In this document: positions 15,425-29,583 of the stretch, piece after piece
Layout: each line of letters starts with the position of its first letter
Numbering within the stretch: the stretch's first letter is position 1
DNA from: the human T2T-CHM13v2.0 reference genome, Homo sapiens
DNA: 64,000 nt
Assembly: GCF_009914755.1 (NCBI RefSeq)
Contig: NC_060928.1
Direction: 5' to 3' (one strand)
The notes under the pieces: model-generated
The model's database searches: none
What the model was told of the DNA's origin: nothing
The model's input: the letters and a program-made list of their open reading frames with translations, nothing else
Position numbers and translations under genes: made by a program

Positions 15425-17338
15425 GGAATATACAGTTTTTTTTTTAACCATCATTTGTTGAAAAGTCTAACATTTCCTCACTAAATTGCCTTTACATCTT
15501 TGGTCAAAAATCAGTTGTCAGTATATACATGAGCTGGACTCTGTACTGTTTATCTTTCTTGTCTTCTGATTTATTTTTTATCTGGTTATTTTTATGCCAA
15601 TACCACACTGTATTACTTGATTCTGCACCTTTATAACACTTAAAGTCAGATAGTGTTATTTCTCCAGTTTTGTTCATCTTTTAAAAACCTGTTTTGGCAA
15701 CTTTAGATACTTCGCAGTTTCATATGAATTTGAGAATCAGTCAACTTCAGCAAAACTGCCTGATGAGAATTTGATTGGGATTGTGTTGAATCTATAAGTC
15801 AATTTGGGTAGCATTAATAACAATATTGAGTCTTCCAACCCATGTATATGGTATATCTCTTCAATTATTAAGTTATTTTTTATTTCTCTTATAATTGTTT
15901 TGTAGTTTTCAGTGTACAGATCTTTCACATCTTTTGTCAGATTTATCCCTAAGTATGTTCTATTTTACAAATGATATCATTTTTATAATTTCAGTTTTCA
16001 GTTGTTTGTCTCTGTTACATAGAAAGAAGTTGATTTTTATATATTGATGTATCCTGCAATCTTTCTGGACTCACTAGATCTAGTAGACTCCATCATTTTT
16101 AATAATAGCTTTATTGAGATATAATTCACATACCAAAAAATTCACCCTTTTAAAGTATACAACTCAGTGTTTTTTACTATATTCACAGTGTCGTGCAACC
16201 ATCCCATTATCCAATTTTAGAGTTTTCATCACCCTTGAAACAAACTGATACTCAGTAGCAATCACTCCCCATTCCTCCCCTCCAATAGCCCCTGGCAATC
16301 ACTGACCTGTTTTCTGTCCCCTGGTTTTGCCTTATCAGAATATCAGAATAAATGGAATTACTCTGGCTTCTTTCACATAGCATAATGTGAAGGTTCATCC
16401 ATATTCTAGCATGAATGAGTACTTAATTCCTCTTTATGACTGAATAATATTTTCCATTGTGTGGATCTATATAACATCTTGTTTATTTATTTATCAGTTG
16501 ATGGATATGTATTTAGGTTGTTCCCACTTATTAACAATGATAGATAACACTGCTGTGAACATTGTGTGGTGATTCCATCAATTTTTAAACTCTGTTTGTT
16601 ATAATAAAAATATTATTTTTGTAAAAAGAGAAAATAGTGAAACAAAGCTTAGAGAAGAATGATTAAAGAGTCAACCAAGAATGGTTAAAGAGCCAGGATT
16701 TGATAGGGTAAAGGAAAGGCAGGGAGTAGGACAAAGGTAACCACAAGGTTTAAAGCCTTAGTGGTACTAGAAATTGGGAAACGGTGGTGGTATTGATTAA
16801 TTCCTTTTCATATGACAATTATATATGATGGGACTTCAAGTGAAAATGTTTCAGTAGACAACTGGAACATAAGTAGAAGACTAAAGCTGAAAACATAGGC
16901 TTAGAAATTAGTATAGTGGTGCTATAAAGCCAAGGGAACTGATTTTCTGCTAAGCACAAACAGGAATTTAAGCAAGATACACCTTCTGTTCCACCTCCAA
17001 TCTAATTCATAGGGTAGAGTTCTGTTGTGTTTAAGGGCATGTTTTCAACAGTTCATTGCATTTGTATGCATATTGCGATATAGTAGACTTTAACGTGTCT
17101 ACAAACTATGGATTTTAAAAGAAATAAAATGCCTTACCCTATATTCACATGATTGTATCCTTAAAGATACAGTGGGAGTAGGGGAAAAAATTGTAAAAAC
17201 ACCTGTTAAGTCTTATCTGGCCAAATGCCATAAAGCAATATATCTTGGGGGTGTTTGTCAAGTCAGAGCTTTCATCAAAAACAGATAAGACATCTAAAGA
17301 CATCCAAACCATTTAAGGATTCTGTTTAGGAACAATGA

Positions 17339-17442
17339 AATATTACAGAACTTAGAAACTTTCATTTTGTGAGATGTCTACGGGAAGATAATTTTAGAGG
17401 TTATTTTTATTTCCTTGGGGAAACAAGAAAGAGATTAGCATG
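17339..17442 (+). repeat. 104-bp segment duplicated at 21336-21439
   Basis: Direct comparison gives 101/104 identical with no gaps. Confidence 0.95.
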
Positions 17443-18024
17443 TTCTGTTGTGCTACAGAGTCATTAAATACCAGCTCACATCTCTATCAGTAAAAGCTAA
17501 GTTTTTTGAGTAGTTGAATTGCTTTCTTTGAACAAAGGTATCAGACAAACCATTTTTCTAAAACTCACAGTTGCACAAGTGTACAGTCTCTCAGGACAGT
17601 GGCAGCAAAGTACTAATTGAAAGTCATACGCTACATGCTCAGAGTAGAAAGTATGATCATGTCCAGATTAGTGTGTTAACTGCTCCCACATCCACAAATC
17701 CTCATTGTTGACAGTAGATTCAGCTTTTGAAACAAAGGTCTAAGCAACCGTACAGGGAAAAATGGATTGGTTTGGCTATAGAAAATTTAAAACTTTTATG
17801 ATACCATTCACACAGGAAAAGAGAAAACTACATGTATCTATATCTGCGTAGATGCACATACAAGACAAGGGTTGGGAAGGAGGAGTTCAAGAGGGCATGC
17901 TTTCTCTGGCCAGAGTTTTAAGACAAGAACATGTTTACCTACTGTGGGTGTGCCCTGCCCACCATCCGTGCATGAATCTGGGCCTCCACCACAGCCTGAG
18001 TTATCTGCGCTGGGTAGCTGGTGG

Positions 18025-18463
18025 CTATTAAGAACTGAATTGTATCCTTGAAAAATGCTATGTTGGAATCTTAATCCCCAGGACCTCAGAATGTGACCTT
18101 ACTTATTAAAAACAGGGTCTTTACAGAGGTGTTGCAGTTACAGTAAGGTCATTAGGGTGGGCCCTAATCCAGCATGACTGATGTCCTTAAAAGGGGGACT
18201 TTGGAGAGAAAAACATGCTCAAGGAAGAGGATGTGAAGGCTACGTGAAGAGACTGGAGTGATGTGTCTGCAAGCCAAAGAACACCAAAAATCGTCAGCCA
18301 CCACCTGAAGCTGGAAGAGGAAAGGAAAGATCTTCCCCTAGGGCCTTCAGAGGGAACACGGCCTTGATCTCAGACTTCCCCTCTAAGAACTGTGGGAGAA
18401 TCAGCATCTTTTGTTTAAGCCTCCCATGTTGTGGTACTTTATTGTGGCAGCCTGAGCAAACAC
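18025..18463 (+). mobile_element. MLT1B/C MaLR solo LTR
   Basis: acctcagaatgtgacctta...aggtcattagggtgggccctaatcc...tgtggtactttattgtggcagcc. Confidence 0.85.
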
Positions 18464-19738
18464 AGTGGCTAAGGAAACTAATTTCAATCAGAGACAATAT
18501 TCAAAATTCAGCACTGGATATTGGCAGGACTAGGCACTAACCAGTCAGAAGAGATGACAGCTTTGAACTACTCACACAGGTGGGCCACTGTGGGGCACAG
18601 AGATGATGTATGGAAACCAGGAGTCACATAGGACGATGGCTCAATGACATGAGAAAACAGGGTGGAGGGAAGGAAACTAAAGAATGCTCAATACCTTGAA
18701 AATGGGCAGCAAAAGAAAGATTAATTTAGATGCAACCAATAAAAATATTTTCAAAGACTAAAAAAAAAAAACAAAACTTTTGTGCTGCAAAATATGCCAT
18801 GAGAAAAGTTAAAAAGCCAACAGAAAAAAATATATTTGCAACGTATTACAAATGTTTATATTTTAAATATGTTAAAAATGCATAACTTCAGACCATTTTC
18901 CACCAATCAGAGATGGAGAGGCATGTGTTGTTGGTGAAGATTCAGAGAAATCTCATGCATCACTTTTTGGAGTATGAATTGCTATAACCCCTTTGGAATG
19001 TAATTTAGCCATGTATATTAACATTTCAATTCACACCGACCCAGCAATCCCATCCTTTGGAATTTATGCTATAGAAATAAAAGCATCAGTGCCTAAGATG
19101 TATGAACATCTTTATTTATTTTAACATTGCTTATAGTGATATAAAAGAAAAAACCTGGAATAGCTGAAATGTCCATTAATAGGGGGAAAGGTTGGAAGAA
19201 TGAGTTAAATTTAAGTATGTGGCCTGGAGGGATATCTATGATATATATAATAAAATGAAGAAAACAAATTATAGAATGAGTTATAGATTATAATTCCTTT
19301 TTATTAAAATGAAACCAATATGCATTAATATATTCATGTAAATAAATACATAATTTAAAGAGACCCAGGCATGAGCCATGATGAGTATGATTAATCTAGC
19401 TTTTTATAGATTAAATCCACTTGTATGCATTTAAGTCCTATAAAAAATTAGTAAGAAAGATGGACCTTAGGTTCAAAGAATTGGGCTGATTATAAATTTT
19501 GATTCATGACTCACTAGCTTGTCAGTAAATGCAGCTTCATGCTATCACTTTTTTTGACTACCTATTATTGATTATGTGCATATAAAATATTTAATCATTT
19601 GCCTGTTGCTGAACATTTTAAATGGTTTCACAATATTTAGTTTTAGAAAGAATGCCATGTAACCATATTTTTGTAAACTCTCTAGGTGTTTTCCTAACAG
19701 TAATTCCTAGAACTGAAATTTCTAGGTTAAAAGATATT

Positions 19739-19742
<4 letters not shown>

Positions 19743-19780
<38 letters not shown>
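19743..19780. repeat. (AC)19 microsatellite
   Basis: Perfect AC run seen directly. Confidence 0.97.
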
Positions 19781-19787
<7 letters not shown>

Positions 19788-20072
19788 TACACATACACAT
19801 ATGTAGATAGAGCGATGGATGAATCAGTCAGTAGATATAAATATAGGCATGCATGTGTAGTATGTATAGATATAGGAGATATGTATAGATATAACCCAGC
19901 AATATATACTTTCATATATTATAAATATTATATTTATAACATGAAAATATATGTGTTATATGTATTGTATAATCTAGTTATCTAGTGCTATATAACAAAC
20001 TACCTCTGAACTAATTGTTTATCTATCCATCCAGATATATAAATATCTTTTAACCCAGCAGCCTATATAATT

Positions 20073-20642
20073 TTCTAGTTACCCAGTGCTACATAACAAA
20101 CTGTTCCAAAACTGAGTACTTAAAACAACAACCACATTTAATTTACTCATGAATCTGTAGTCCAGATAGGGCTCAGTCAACACGACTTATGTCTACTCCA
20201 ATTGACATTGGCTGGGGAGGCTTGAAGGCTGCAGGCTGGAATCTTCTGAAGGCTCTTTCACTCACATGTGTGTTGCCAGTGCTGGGAAGAGTTGAATAGC
20301 AGGGAGCTAGAACAGCTAGGACAGCTGGCATCCCTCTGGCATCTTTCTCTATATGTGGTCTCTCTACATGTTGGCTTCAGGATAGCTGGACTTCTTACAT
20401 GGCCACTTAGGGCTTCAAAGCCTTGTGTCCCAATAGAGCTGCAGGTGGAAGCATTGTCGCCTTTTCTAACTTAGCCTTGGAAACCATGCAGCATCCCTTC
20501 CACCACAGTCACAGGCCCACCCAGGTGGAGCAAGACACATAGACTCCCACCTGTCAATGGAACAGCATCAACAACTCATTGTAGGAACATGGAGAGGATG
20601 GATATAGCGGTGCAGCCATTTTTGGAAAATACAATCTGCCAC
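20073..20642 (-). mobile_element. MLT1F/G-like MaLR LTR
   Basis: tgctacataacaaac...cttaaaacaacaacc...cactcacatgtg...gccatttttggaaaatacaatctgccac. Confidence 0.75.
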
Positions 20643-21016
20643 GTCATTTTAGGACTTTTGATACATATTGCCAAATAGCCACTCCAGATACTGTACAGTG
20701 ATGAAAATAATTCTTCCTGAAACTGCTAAAGAAGGATGTTATTACTCTTTTTCTGTCTTTGCCAATCAGATTTTTTTTAAAAGATGGTATTTCATTTTGT
20801 AAATTTACTTTTTTGGTTGCTACTGATGTTGAAAATATCTGTACCTGTGTACTGGCCATTTTGATTTCTTTTGTGAGCTGCCTGTTTACATCCTTCCTGA
20901 AATTTGTAGTTAGAGTTTTAAAGATCAGTTAGTTCAAAATCCCTCCTTTCACTGATTAGGAAATGGAGTCACCAAAAGCCCCAAGTTCAGAGTTTTCTAA
21001 ACTTATGTAAAGATTA

Positions 21017-21439
<423 letters not shown>

Positions 21440-22524
21440 GCCTTGTGAAGTGGGTGTCATCATGCCCCATTCGCAGGCATGGTGACTGGCCTTTAATGTC
21501 AGAGTACATGTTGACATGTTTTATCCAAGAATGTTTTTATCCAAGAATGATACAGAGAGCCATCAAAACCTCCCTCTCCCCTAAGTTTAGCTGAAATGAG
21601 ATGACCTAGATGTCATCTCATTGCATTTAATAAGCAGGACTGAACCTGGAGCAAATTCAGGTTGTCTTTGCACCTTAAAAACAAGTGTCTAAATCTAGAA
21701 ATAGGATAGATATTGTCAAGTTAAATAAACCTTTGTGATAACAAAGTTAGCCATCTTCAGAGTCAGTGAGCATTCAGCTTCCCCGTGTCCTGGGACCCCC
21801 GCTCCCACCCGCTGCCCCAGACTCTTATGTGTTAACACCACCAGACTAACACAAAAAGCTTTATCTTATAATTACCTCAAAATTACAGACTTCTAGAATA
21901 TGCACACTTTAGACAGTACAGATGAACATCTGTTCTGCTGATGTTTGTGTGTGAAATGAATGAGATGAGAGTCAGGAGGAATGATTAAGCCTATGACAGG
22001 TTTTTTTTAACAGGACTTTTAAAAGGACATTAAATTCCAGATATTTTAATTTCAATTATTCTTTTTTTATTCGTCCATCTCATATGCTCCAGACACATAC
22101 TAGACACTGATAATACAGAGCTATAAGACATAGTATTCATTTATTAAATATGTATGTATACTTTTCCTTGTCCCAAAAGGCATATGAAATGGGTTATAAT
22201 AAATGGCATTATTTCCCACCTCAGGAAATGGGGAAGATCAAGGAGGACGTGGACAAAAAACACCGTGATAGAGATATGCCAAAGGATTGCCCTGTAGCAT
22301 GTGGAGGTTAGGTAGGGGGATTCCTAACACAGACTGGGGAGGGGGAGTAGGGTACCACAGAGAAATTCCTTGGAGGAACAAATTACACAAAACTCATCAA
22401 CGCTGTTTTCTGTATTGTACATTTTTTCCTGTTTGCCTTTTTTTCTGGCATTAGGAGGGCATCACAATTTTAAGCAGAGCTCAGACACAGTTGCTCTTCT
22501 GTTTAGCCAACTTGCATGCCTGAT

Positions 22525-22800
22525 CCTTTTCTTTTTCTTAAATTCAAGGCCTCACTTTGTCACGCAGGCAACAGTGCAGTAGCGTGATCACAACTCACTG
22601 CAGCCTCAAACTCCTGAGTTCAAGTGATCCTTCTGCCTCAACCTCCCTAGTAGCTGGGACTACAAGCATGCGCCATCACACTTGGCTAATTTTTTCTGTA
22701 GAAACAGGATCTTGCTGTATTGCCCAGGCTGGTCTCAAACTCTACTTCAAGCAGTCCTCCCAAAGCACTAGGATTACAGGCATAAGCCGCCACACCTACT
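22525..22800 (-). mobile_element. AluJ, diverged
   Basis: gatcacaactcactgcagcctcaaactcctgagttcaagtgatcc...ggattacaggcataagccgcc. Confidence 0.88.
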
Positions 22801-23539
22801 TGATCTTCAAAAAGAAGATTCTTAGGTTTGTCTTCTGTGACTTCAGGCCATTCCTTAAACTTATTTCAGAAACTTATTCTTATGTGTCTGGTGAGCTGTG
22901 CTGCACCCCCAAGAGTTCCACTGTGCAGCTATGATTAAGTCCATCCGCACACCCACCAGGTTTGCAGATGCCCTGCCACGCTGTCAGCATGATGGATGGG
23001 CCTGCATTACAGTGGCTGCAGTGAGGGAAAGCAGGAAAGGAGCTCAGAGCGTTATCAGCTGTCCAGCCTGCAAAGTCCGTGTTACAGTAATTGCCATTTT
23101 CTTTTGAGTTTCTGGTTGACATATGGAAAAGGGCAGACTATAAAGTGCTCATGAAATTTTCCTTAGCTCTTCACTGCAGTGTGGTTATTCAGTACAGGGC
23201 TTGTGTGCTTTCTGGATCCATTAGTCCTCATTTCTAACTTGAGTGGATTTCTGTTTATTGCAACCAAAGGGTCTTGAGTAAAAGAAATACTGAAAGCACA
23301 AGTTTATACATCTTTTTATCTGACCATCAATCAGTGGTTCAGTTCTCCAAGATAAACTTTAATTTCTGAAATTCTGTTTCATTGAGTCTTGTGGAAGTTT
23401 TCTATGCTTGCTCAATTAATAAAGTCACCGAGAGAATGAGTGAATAAAAGCAACTAGGGTGAATTACCCCTCCCAATTCCTCTGCCTCTAATTTCGTCAA
23501 GGGACTTCTGTTTCTCTTTGGAAACCGGCATTTCTCTTA

Positions 23540-23920
23540 TTCATTTAATAAGTGAATACATAACTAGAGACTGCTATGTTCCAGGCATGGTTAATAGATG
23601 CTAGGAATGTAAAGATAAGGAGGACATGGACCTTGCCCTCCAGGAGTTCATGGTTTAGTGGGGGAGACTGACAAATAAACCAGAGATGACAGTACAGGAA
23701 ATGCAGTTTAAGGGTAACATTGGGTGCCGTGGAAACACACAGGTGCAGTACCTGCTCAGCCTTTTTAAGAGCTCTTGGAGGTGATCAGGCGATCAAGGAA
23801 GGCTCCTTGTAGGAGACAGCACCTGAAATGAGTTTGGAAGGATGAGTAGGAGTGAGCCAGAGGGAGAAACTGAAGGGCGTGTTCTATGTACATGGCCTCA
23901 CGTGAGCAAAACTAGGAGGC
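23540..23920 (-). mobile_element. L2 3' end
   Basis: attcatttaataa...ctatgttccaggcatgg...ccttgccctccaggagttcatggtttagtgggggagac. Confidence 0.75.
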
Positions 23921-25049
23921 TGTAAGAAAGTCTGGTTCTTTCATGTCAAAATATAAAGTAAGTTTTGTTCCCTAAAAATATCTCAGAATAAAGAGAGGCC
24001 TTATAGATTGTTAAAAATTTTTTATATTACAGGCTACTCTCTGATTTACTTTATTTTGAATGACAAAGTAAGAAGCCTGAAACTACCTCTGTCACTGCTA
24101 GTTTGTATGCCTATGGAGGTCATCCTAAAAGGAAGCAAAGAAATTCTGTACAGATTTAGTTAAGTATTGGGGTGGGGGATGACTTCACAATCGCAAGTCT
24201 TGAATATCGTTGCCAATAAACCTTCTAAAAATCACTTGAAAATGAAATAGAATTAGTGTTTACTTTGTGGAGATCATGAGTATACAGCCACAGGATGAAC
24301 GGAAAAATAAAACCATCCTTATTTTAAGCAAATGGATATTTGTGGCTTGAGATAAAATTTCCAGTAATAGCATCATATACAGATGAAAAAAATGTTTCCA
24401 GTTTCACGATAATAGAGTAAAGCTATTTTCACTTCCTTCTGCTCTTCCAAATCCCCTACATAATAAAGAGAACAAGATATAGACATGCAAGCTTTGGTGA
24501 CACTAGGAGGCGTGTAGCCCTGAACTAGGATTTATGAAGACTGAACAGTGGTGCAGGAATGGCGAGAAAGTGGTAAGGTCAAATCTGCGTTCCTGCAAGG
24601 ATGAGCACCCCAAGAACCCCTGAAAAGCTCAGAAAAAGACGTCGGGGGCCACAGGAGGCAGAGGCGATGGGAGGTCAAGGACAGGGATTTTAGGAGAAAA
24701 CCTGTCCATGGAGCACTTGAACCCCATTTTCCTACTCCCATTCCAGATTAATAGGGAACTAAGCCTCCTCTGCCACTGCATAAAACCAGAAGTTTATCCC
24801 CTGGAAAAACAAAACCAGAGGACCACCAGGCTCTGAGATAGCAGGCGAGGGAGGGTAGGATCGAGGACCCTATGTGAAAACAAGGGAGTACGTGGAAGTT
24901 TGTACACTTCACGGTGACTACGAGCAGCCTGGCGCACCAGGTAAAGGTTAGAGGGATGCACCCCTAGAGCGCATGAGCCGCCCCAGAGAAAATCCTGTAG
25001 ATACTGTCATTTGAGAGTCCCGAATTTGGAGAAGCTCCTGATGTCCCCC

Positions 25050-25520
25050 ACTGTCTATTTTCCCTTTATCCTTTTTACTAATAGAACTTCCCCAAGTTTT
25101 GGCAAAGAACATGGATGACTGGGTAGAGTCTGCCTCTTCCAGATTCCCCTACAGTGGGCTGTGTCCACCAGCTAAATTCTTAACAGTGGTGTGAGCAGTT
25201 TCTGCTTCATTCTCTTAAAAGAAATCTGTTTGTCCTTGTCTTTCTCTCGCTCTCTTCAAGAGTAGGCTGTGGATGTGGTGCCTGTGAGGGAGCCTCAAAC
25301 ATAGATCAAGATCAGGCGTTAGGAGATAGTGATCAACCAAAGATCAAGGCCTTAGGGGATGGTGGAACAACAAAATAGGAAGAATAGAAAGAGTTGCAGC
25401 ATCTACTTGTCCTGTGCCACTCATCAATGTAAGGAATGTTAGAAGAGAGAGAAATGAACTCCTAACTTGTTTGAGTCACTGTATTTTGGAGCCTCTTTTT
25501 TGTAGCAACTTAGTCTATAA
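25050..25520 (+). mobile_element. MLT1J-like MaLR LTR
   Basis: gagagagaaatgaactcctaacttgtttgagtcactgtattttgg 3' motif; highly diverged. Confidence 0.6.
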
Positions 25521-25639
25521 ACAAATACACTATATTAAAAAACAAAACACCTGGCTTTTTGCTCAAATACTGCATTATAATTTTCTCCAAAATAGCATAT
25601 TATCCAGTGTAAAATAGCATTGGATTTTTTTAAATGGCT

Positions 25640-26000
25640 TTCTTTTTTTATTTTTAATTTTTGTGGATACATAGTAGGTGTATATATTTTTGGGGTACAT
25701 AAGATGTTTTGACATGGGTGTGCAATGTGAAATAAGCATCATGGAGAATGGGGTACCCATCCCCTGAAGCATTTATCCTTCGAGTTACAAACAATCCAAT
25801 TACACTCTTTAAGTTATTTAAGAATGTACAATTAATGTTATTGACTATAGTCACCCTATTGTACTTTCAAATAGTAGGTCTTATTCATTCCTTCTAACTA
25901 TTTTTTGTACCAATTAACCATCCCCCTCTCCCTCAAAGCCCCTTACTACCCTTCCTGGCCTCTGGAACCATGCTTCTACTCTCTATGTCCGTGAGTTCAA
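25640..26000 (-). mobile_element. L1MA 3' end
   Basis: tttttgtggatacatagtaggtgtatatatt...gagttacaaacaatccaattacactc. Confidence 0.88.
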
Positions 26001-26249
26001 AGATAGTGTATATTTAAATTGATCCAAAAGTCTTCCAAAGACTTTTCTTTTTCTCTTTTGCTGGGAGACAGGAGGATTGTCTTACTGGGAAAATGGGAGA
26101 CTACCTGAGATTCAGGACCACCTTATATTGGTTTCTAGTCTAACGTTCTGGGAACTTGAGAAGATTCTGAAGGCAGAAGTATAGAGTGTGAAACAGGGAG
26201 TAGCCCTGGCTCCCATCAAAATTTACATAATGGAGTTTCCCTAAAACCA

Positions 26250-26341
26250 GGGTTCATATGCTGGCAATGATGTTATGGGCCTGATAATGAGGGGGCCTGG
26301 AAGGGGGTTCATATGCTGGCAATGATGTTATGGGCCTGATA
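26250..26341 (+). repeat. Perfect 37-bp direct repeat pair with an 18-bp spacer
   Basis: gggttcatatgctggcaatgatgttatgggcctgata at 26250-26286 and 26305-26341. Confidence 0.97.
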
Positions 26342-29300
26342 GTGATCCCCAGAATTTTGGTGTGAGCACCTGGATGACTTATGCTACCATTTTGTGAAGT
26401 AATCATAAAGTGTTACACATTTAGGAAAGAACATGATGGGTTTAGTTTTAGACATACGGAGGTACCTACGGACATCCAAGTAGAGGTCCAGGCTACAGAT
26501 CCAAAGCTTATATTGGCTTTTGATATAGATGTATTTTTTACTTTATTGCTAAAATTCAGCTAGTATATGTCAGGGTGGCTGTATCAGTTGGTAAAATTCT
26601 GAAATGCTCTGGACTCATTGATAAATGGTCATTTCCTTCAGACTCCCACGTGCGTCCCATTTCCCACACACTAGCTGTTCTAACCCTTCTTGGGATACCC
26701 CCATACCACCCTACAGTCCATGATGAAAGGGTTAATACCTGGCCCAGAAGTGGGCCTCCAGGACCCTGCCCAGCCCTGTGGCTGTCCTGTCTGCTCTGTT
26801 TGTTAAAAGTTTTGAATATAACTCCTGCTCACAAATCATGAAGGTGGAACACATTTCCCACATAGCCATGTGCTTAGTCTGTTTCACAATCTTCCACAAA
26901 TCCCATCCTAAGCTGCCCTTCCAGTCTAATTGATATCTCTCCTAAGTCCCCTCTGCTGCAGGCAGCATTAATTACCCACTGCTCCCTGACTCCCTGCATT
27001 TTCTCACCTTCATTTCTTTGTGCTCATTTCTCAAAATTTTCTCTGATTTCCAAATATTCTGTGTTTTATTCATCTTTCAAGGCCAATTCATTTTCCCTTC
27101 TACAAGAAAGCTGCCTTCATCTAGAAATGTTAATTCCATCCTTGAAATAACCACCCCCTTCTCATGGAGTGTATCACTTCCTATCTTATTTAATACATTA
27201 GGAATATATTACATTATCTTAGTATTTTCTATGAAGTCTTTCTCATAGTGGATAGGTAATAAATAATTGTTGAATGAATTCAAGTATGAATCTAAATCAA
27301 AAGACTCTCTACCAGTTACCATTGGTCTGTGGTTGCTAGCAATTTTATCACTTCTTTAGAATGTCTAATCTCAGAATCCCTGAAAATCTCCCTGGCTGTG
27401 ATACCTATGGTATCTTTTGTCACATGCCAAAAAAACAAAACTAAACAACAATAACCGAAAGCAAACAAATGCAGAAATGTTTACTGGTTTTCTGAACTAA
27501 AGCCTTTGGGACGTTCAGTTGTGTTTTGGTCATCTCTCTTTAATGTAAAATGGTAAAAGTGATTTTCCATTTCCTGCACTGACTTTAATTAATCTTCCAG
27601 AAATGCTGGAGCAGAGCTTTTCTAAGGAGTGTTGCACTATTTGTTCTACTGCAGCAAATCAAGCTCCTATTGTAACACTGGTGGCATAGGATGAATCATT
27701 GCTTTGGCTGGGACAAACTGTTTCCTGAAGTCAGATACAAGAGCAGAATACCTAATGGTACCTTAGTACCTATATTCTGTCTCAAACACTCAGTCCCCTA
27801 TTGCCCTTCATTGAAGTAAAGGAAAAATCGAACTTCCAATGTTTGGTTGAGATAGCAAATAATTTGCACTCAAGGTCACTGGCATGTAAACAGATTTTAT
27901 TCTCCTTGCAACACTGAATTGCTTTTTCTGTCTCTTCTTTTACATAAGATTCAAGCAAAATGTAGACTATGTTATGTACCGTGTGCCTCATCTGTTTTAT
28001 AAAGAAGGAATGTCTGGCATTTGTCCTAGGTAGATACTGATGGGGAGGAGGATGGGCAGGAGGCATTGGCCACAGCCTGAAGGGTACCTAAGGCTGTGAT
28101 TTTGAGCCCCAACCTACTGGCCTGTGCTCTCAGCCAGCTCTCATGATATGCAGTGTGGTTCTCAGTGAATCTTTGTCAGATGTGAGGGAAGAGACACTTC
28201 CTTGAGTTGCCATTTTTCTATCCTCTGAAAGTAGAAAGTGCTGAATGGAACTAAAGCTTCTCATCTCTGCCCTCTCATCTCCCTCTTTTTTAATTGATAT
28301 CTCCTAGTGAAAAGATTATATATCTTCACGTGGGGACTTAGGTGGAAGGTGATTACAAGTGAGGTTACTTGCTGTGTCTGTAACTGCAGGGTCGGGAGGG
28401 ATGCATGCACAGTCACAGGGCGGGCAGTTGAGCTCCTTCACACAGGGGTTCTCAGAGCAACTGTCAGGGCAGAATCCTGGGTTGGATCCCCCACTGGCTG
28501 TTTTCTCCTTACTGGAATTAGAACTATGTCCAAAGCCAATCTAACAGTACCTGCACTCACCTGACTCATACTGTAGGAGCTTTTTGTCATAACATACCAA
28601 GTGCCCTACTGAGCTTCTACATGGGGCATGCACACTCCCATGGCATGGTGTTTCTGAGGGGGGATAATTTACCAGGTGGAAGAATCTCATGTTTGATCGG
28701 GAAACTGTAGGCTTCAGGCAGCCCAGAAGGTAAGTGTATGGAATGTAAAGAAAAAGGCCCTGTACTTCCCTCTGAAATTGGGAAATGGGGGAAGAAACAG
28801 GCATCTGTTGTCACCCTAATGACATCAGAATATAGCTTGCAGCTTCCTGCCTTCATGGCAGCAGTTTTCTAAGACAGTGAATCCCCCAACATTGTTATTA
28901 TTAGTAGTACTTAGGCACTGGTATTAGTGCTAGTACTGGTATGGCTAGTGCTAAGAATCAGTACTTGGGTACTGCTGTTAGTATTTAGATACTGAAAAAA
29001 GTTCGAGTACATTCATAGTTGGCCCTCTGTAAGTCATTCTCTCCTGCACTTTTATAAGCTTTGTTGAGTGTGAGACAAAGAGTTGTGGTATTACTAGGAC
29101 AAGGGAGTTGCAAATAATCCAAGCTTTGAGCTCTGTGATCATCCTCTGTCATGGGGTTGTGGGAGAAGCAAGGCTAAAACCCACTGTGGCATGAGACCCT
29201 TTGCACACTACAGCCTCTCCTTCTGCCATATAAGCTAAGAGTTGGGGCCCAGGTGTAGACTGTATCTTTTGAAGCTCTTGAGTCTGTCTTAGTAGATCAG

Positions 29301-29583
29301 TCTTAGGACAGTGAATACAGTGAAGCAGTATTCTTATGATAGTCTTTTCTTGCCGTGGCTTTATTTCTTCTGTTAGGAGTAATTGATGATATATTAGCTA
29401 CTTTTCCAGATGTGTGATTTGGCAGTGGTTGACTGGCAGCTGATAGTAACTCAGGAATCTAAAGAAAAGTCCACTTTGGCTTTCAGAGTTACATAAAGGA
29501 TCTCTGCCTTCCTCTCTTCCAGTAGTTGGCAGCCTTCCAATTAATAAATAGGAGAGAAAACTCACCTAGAGAATCCTGTTGTG

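Noticed and set aside
17893-17936. Two p53 half-site matches (gggcatgctt, gaacatgttt)
   Set aside because: They are about 24 bp apart, too far for a canonical p53 response element.
21516-21549. Short tandem duplication (atgttttatccaaga twice); a similar one at about 44024-44062
   Set aside because: Ordinary slippage duplications with no further structure.
23943-24073. Donor-like AAA|gtaagt (23958) and a possible 35-nt micro-exon at 24033-24067
   Set aside because: Motif-only evidence in AT-rich DNA next to an L2; expected by chance.
26250-26341. 37-bp repeat / spacer / repeat looks CRISPR-like
   Set aside because: Only two copies, an 18-bp spacer, no cas genes and a primate intronic context; it is a local duplication.
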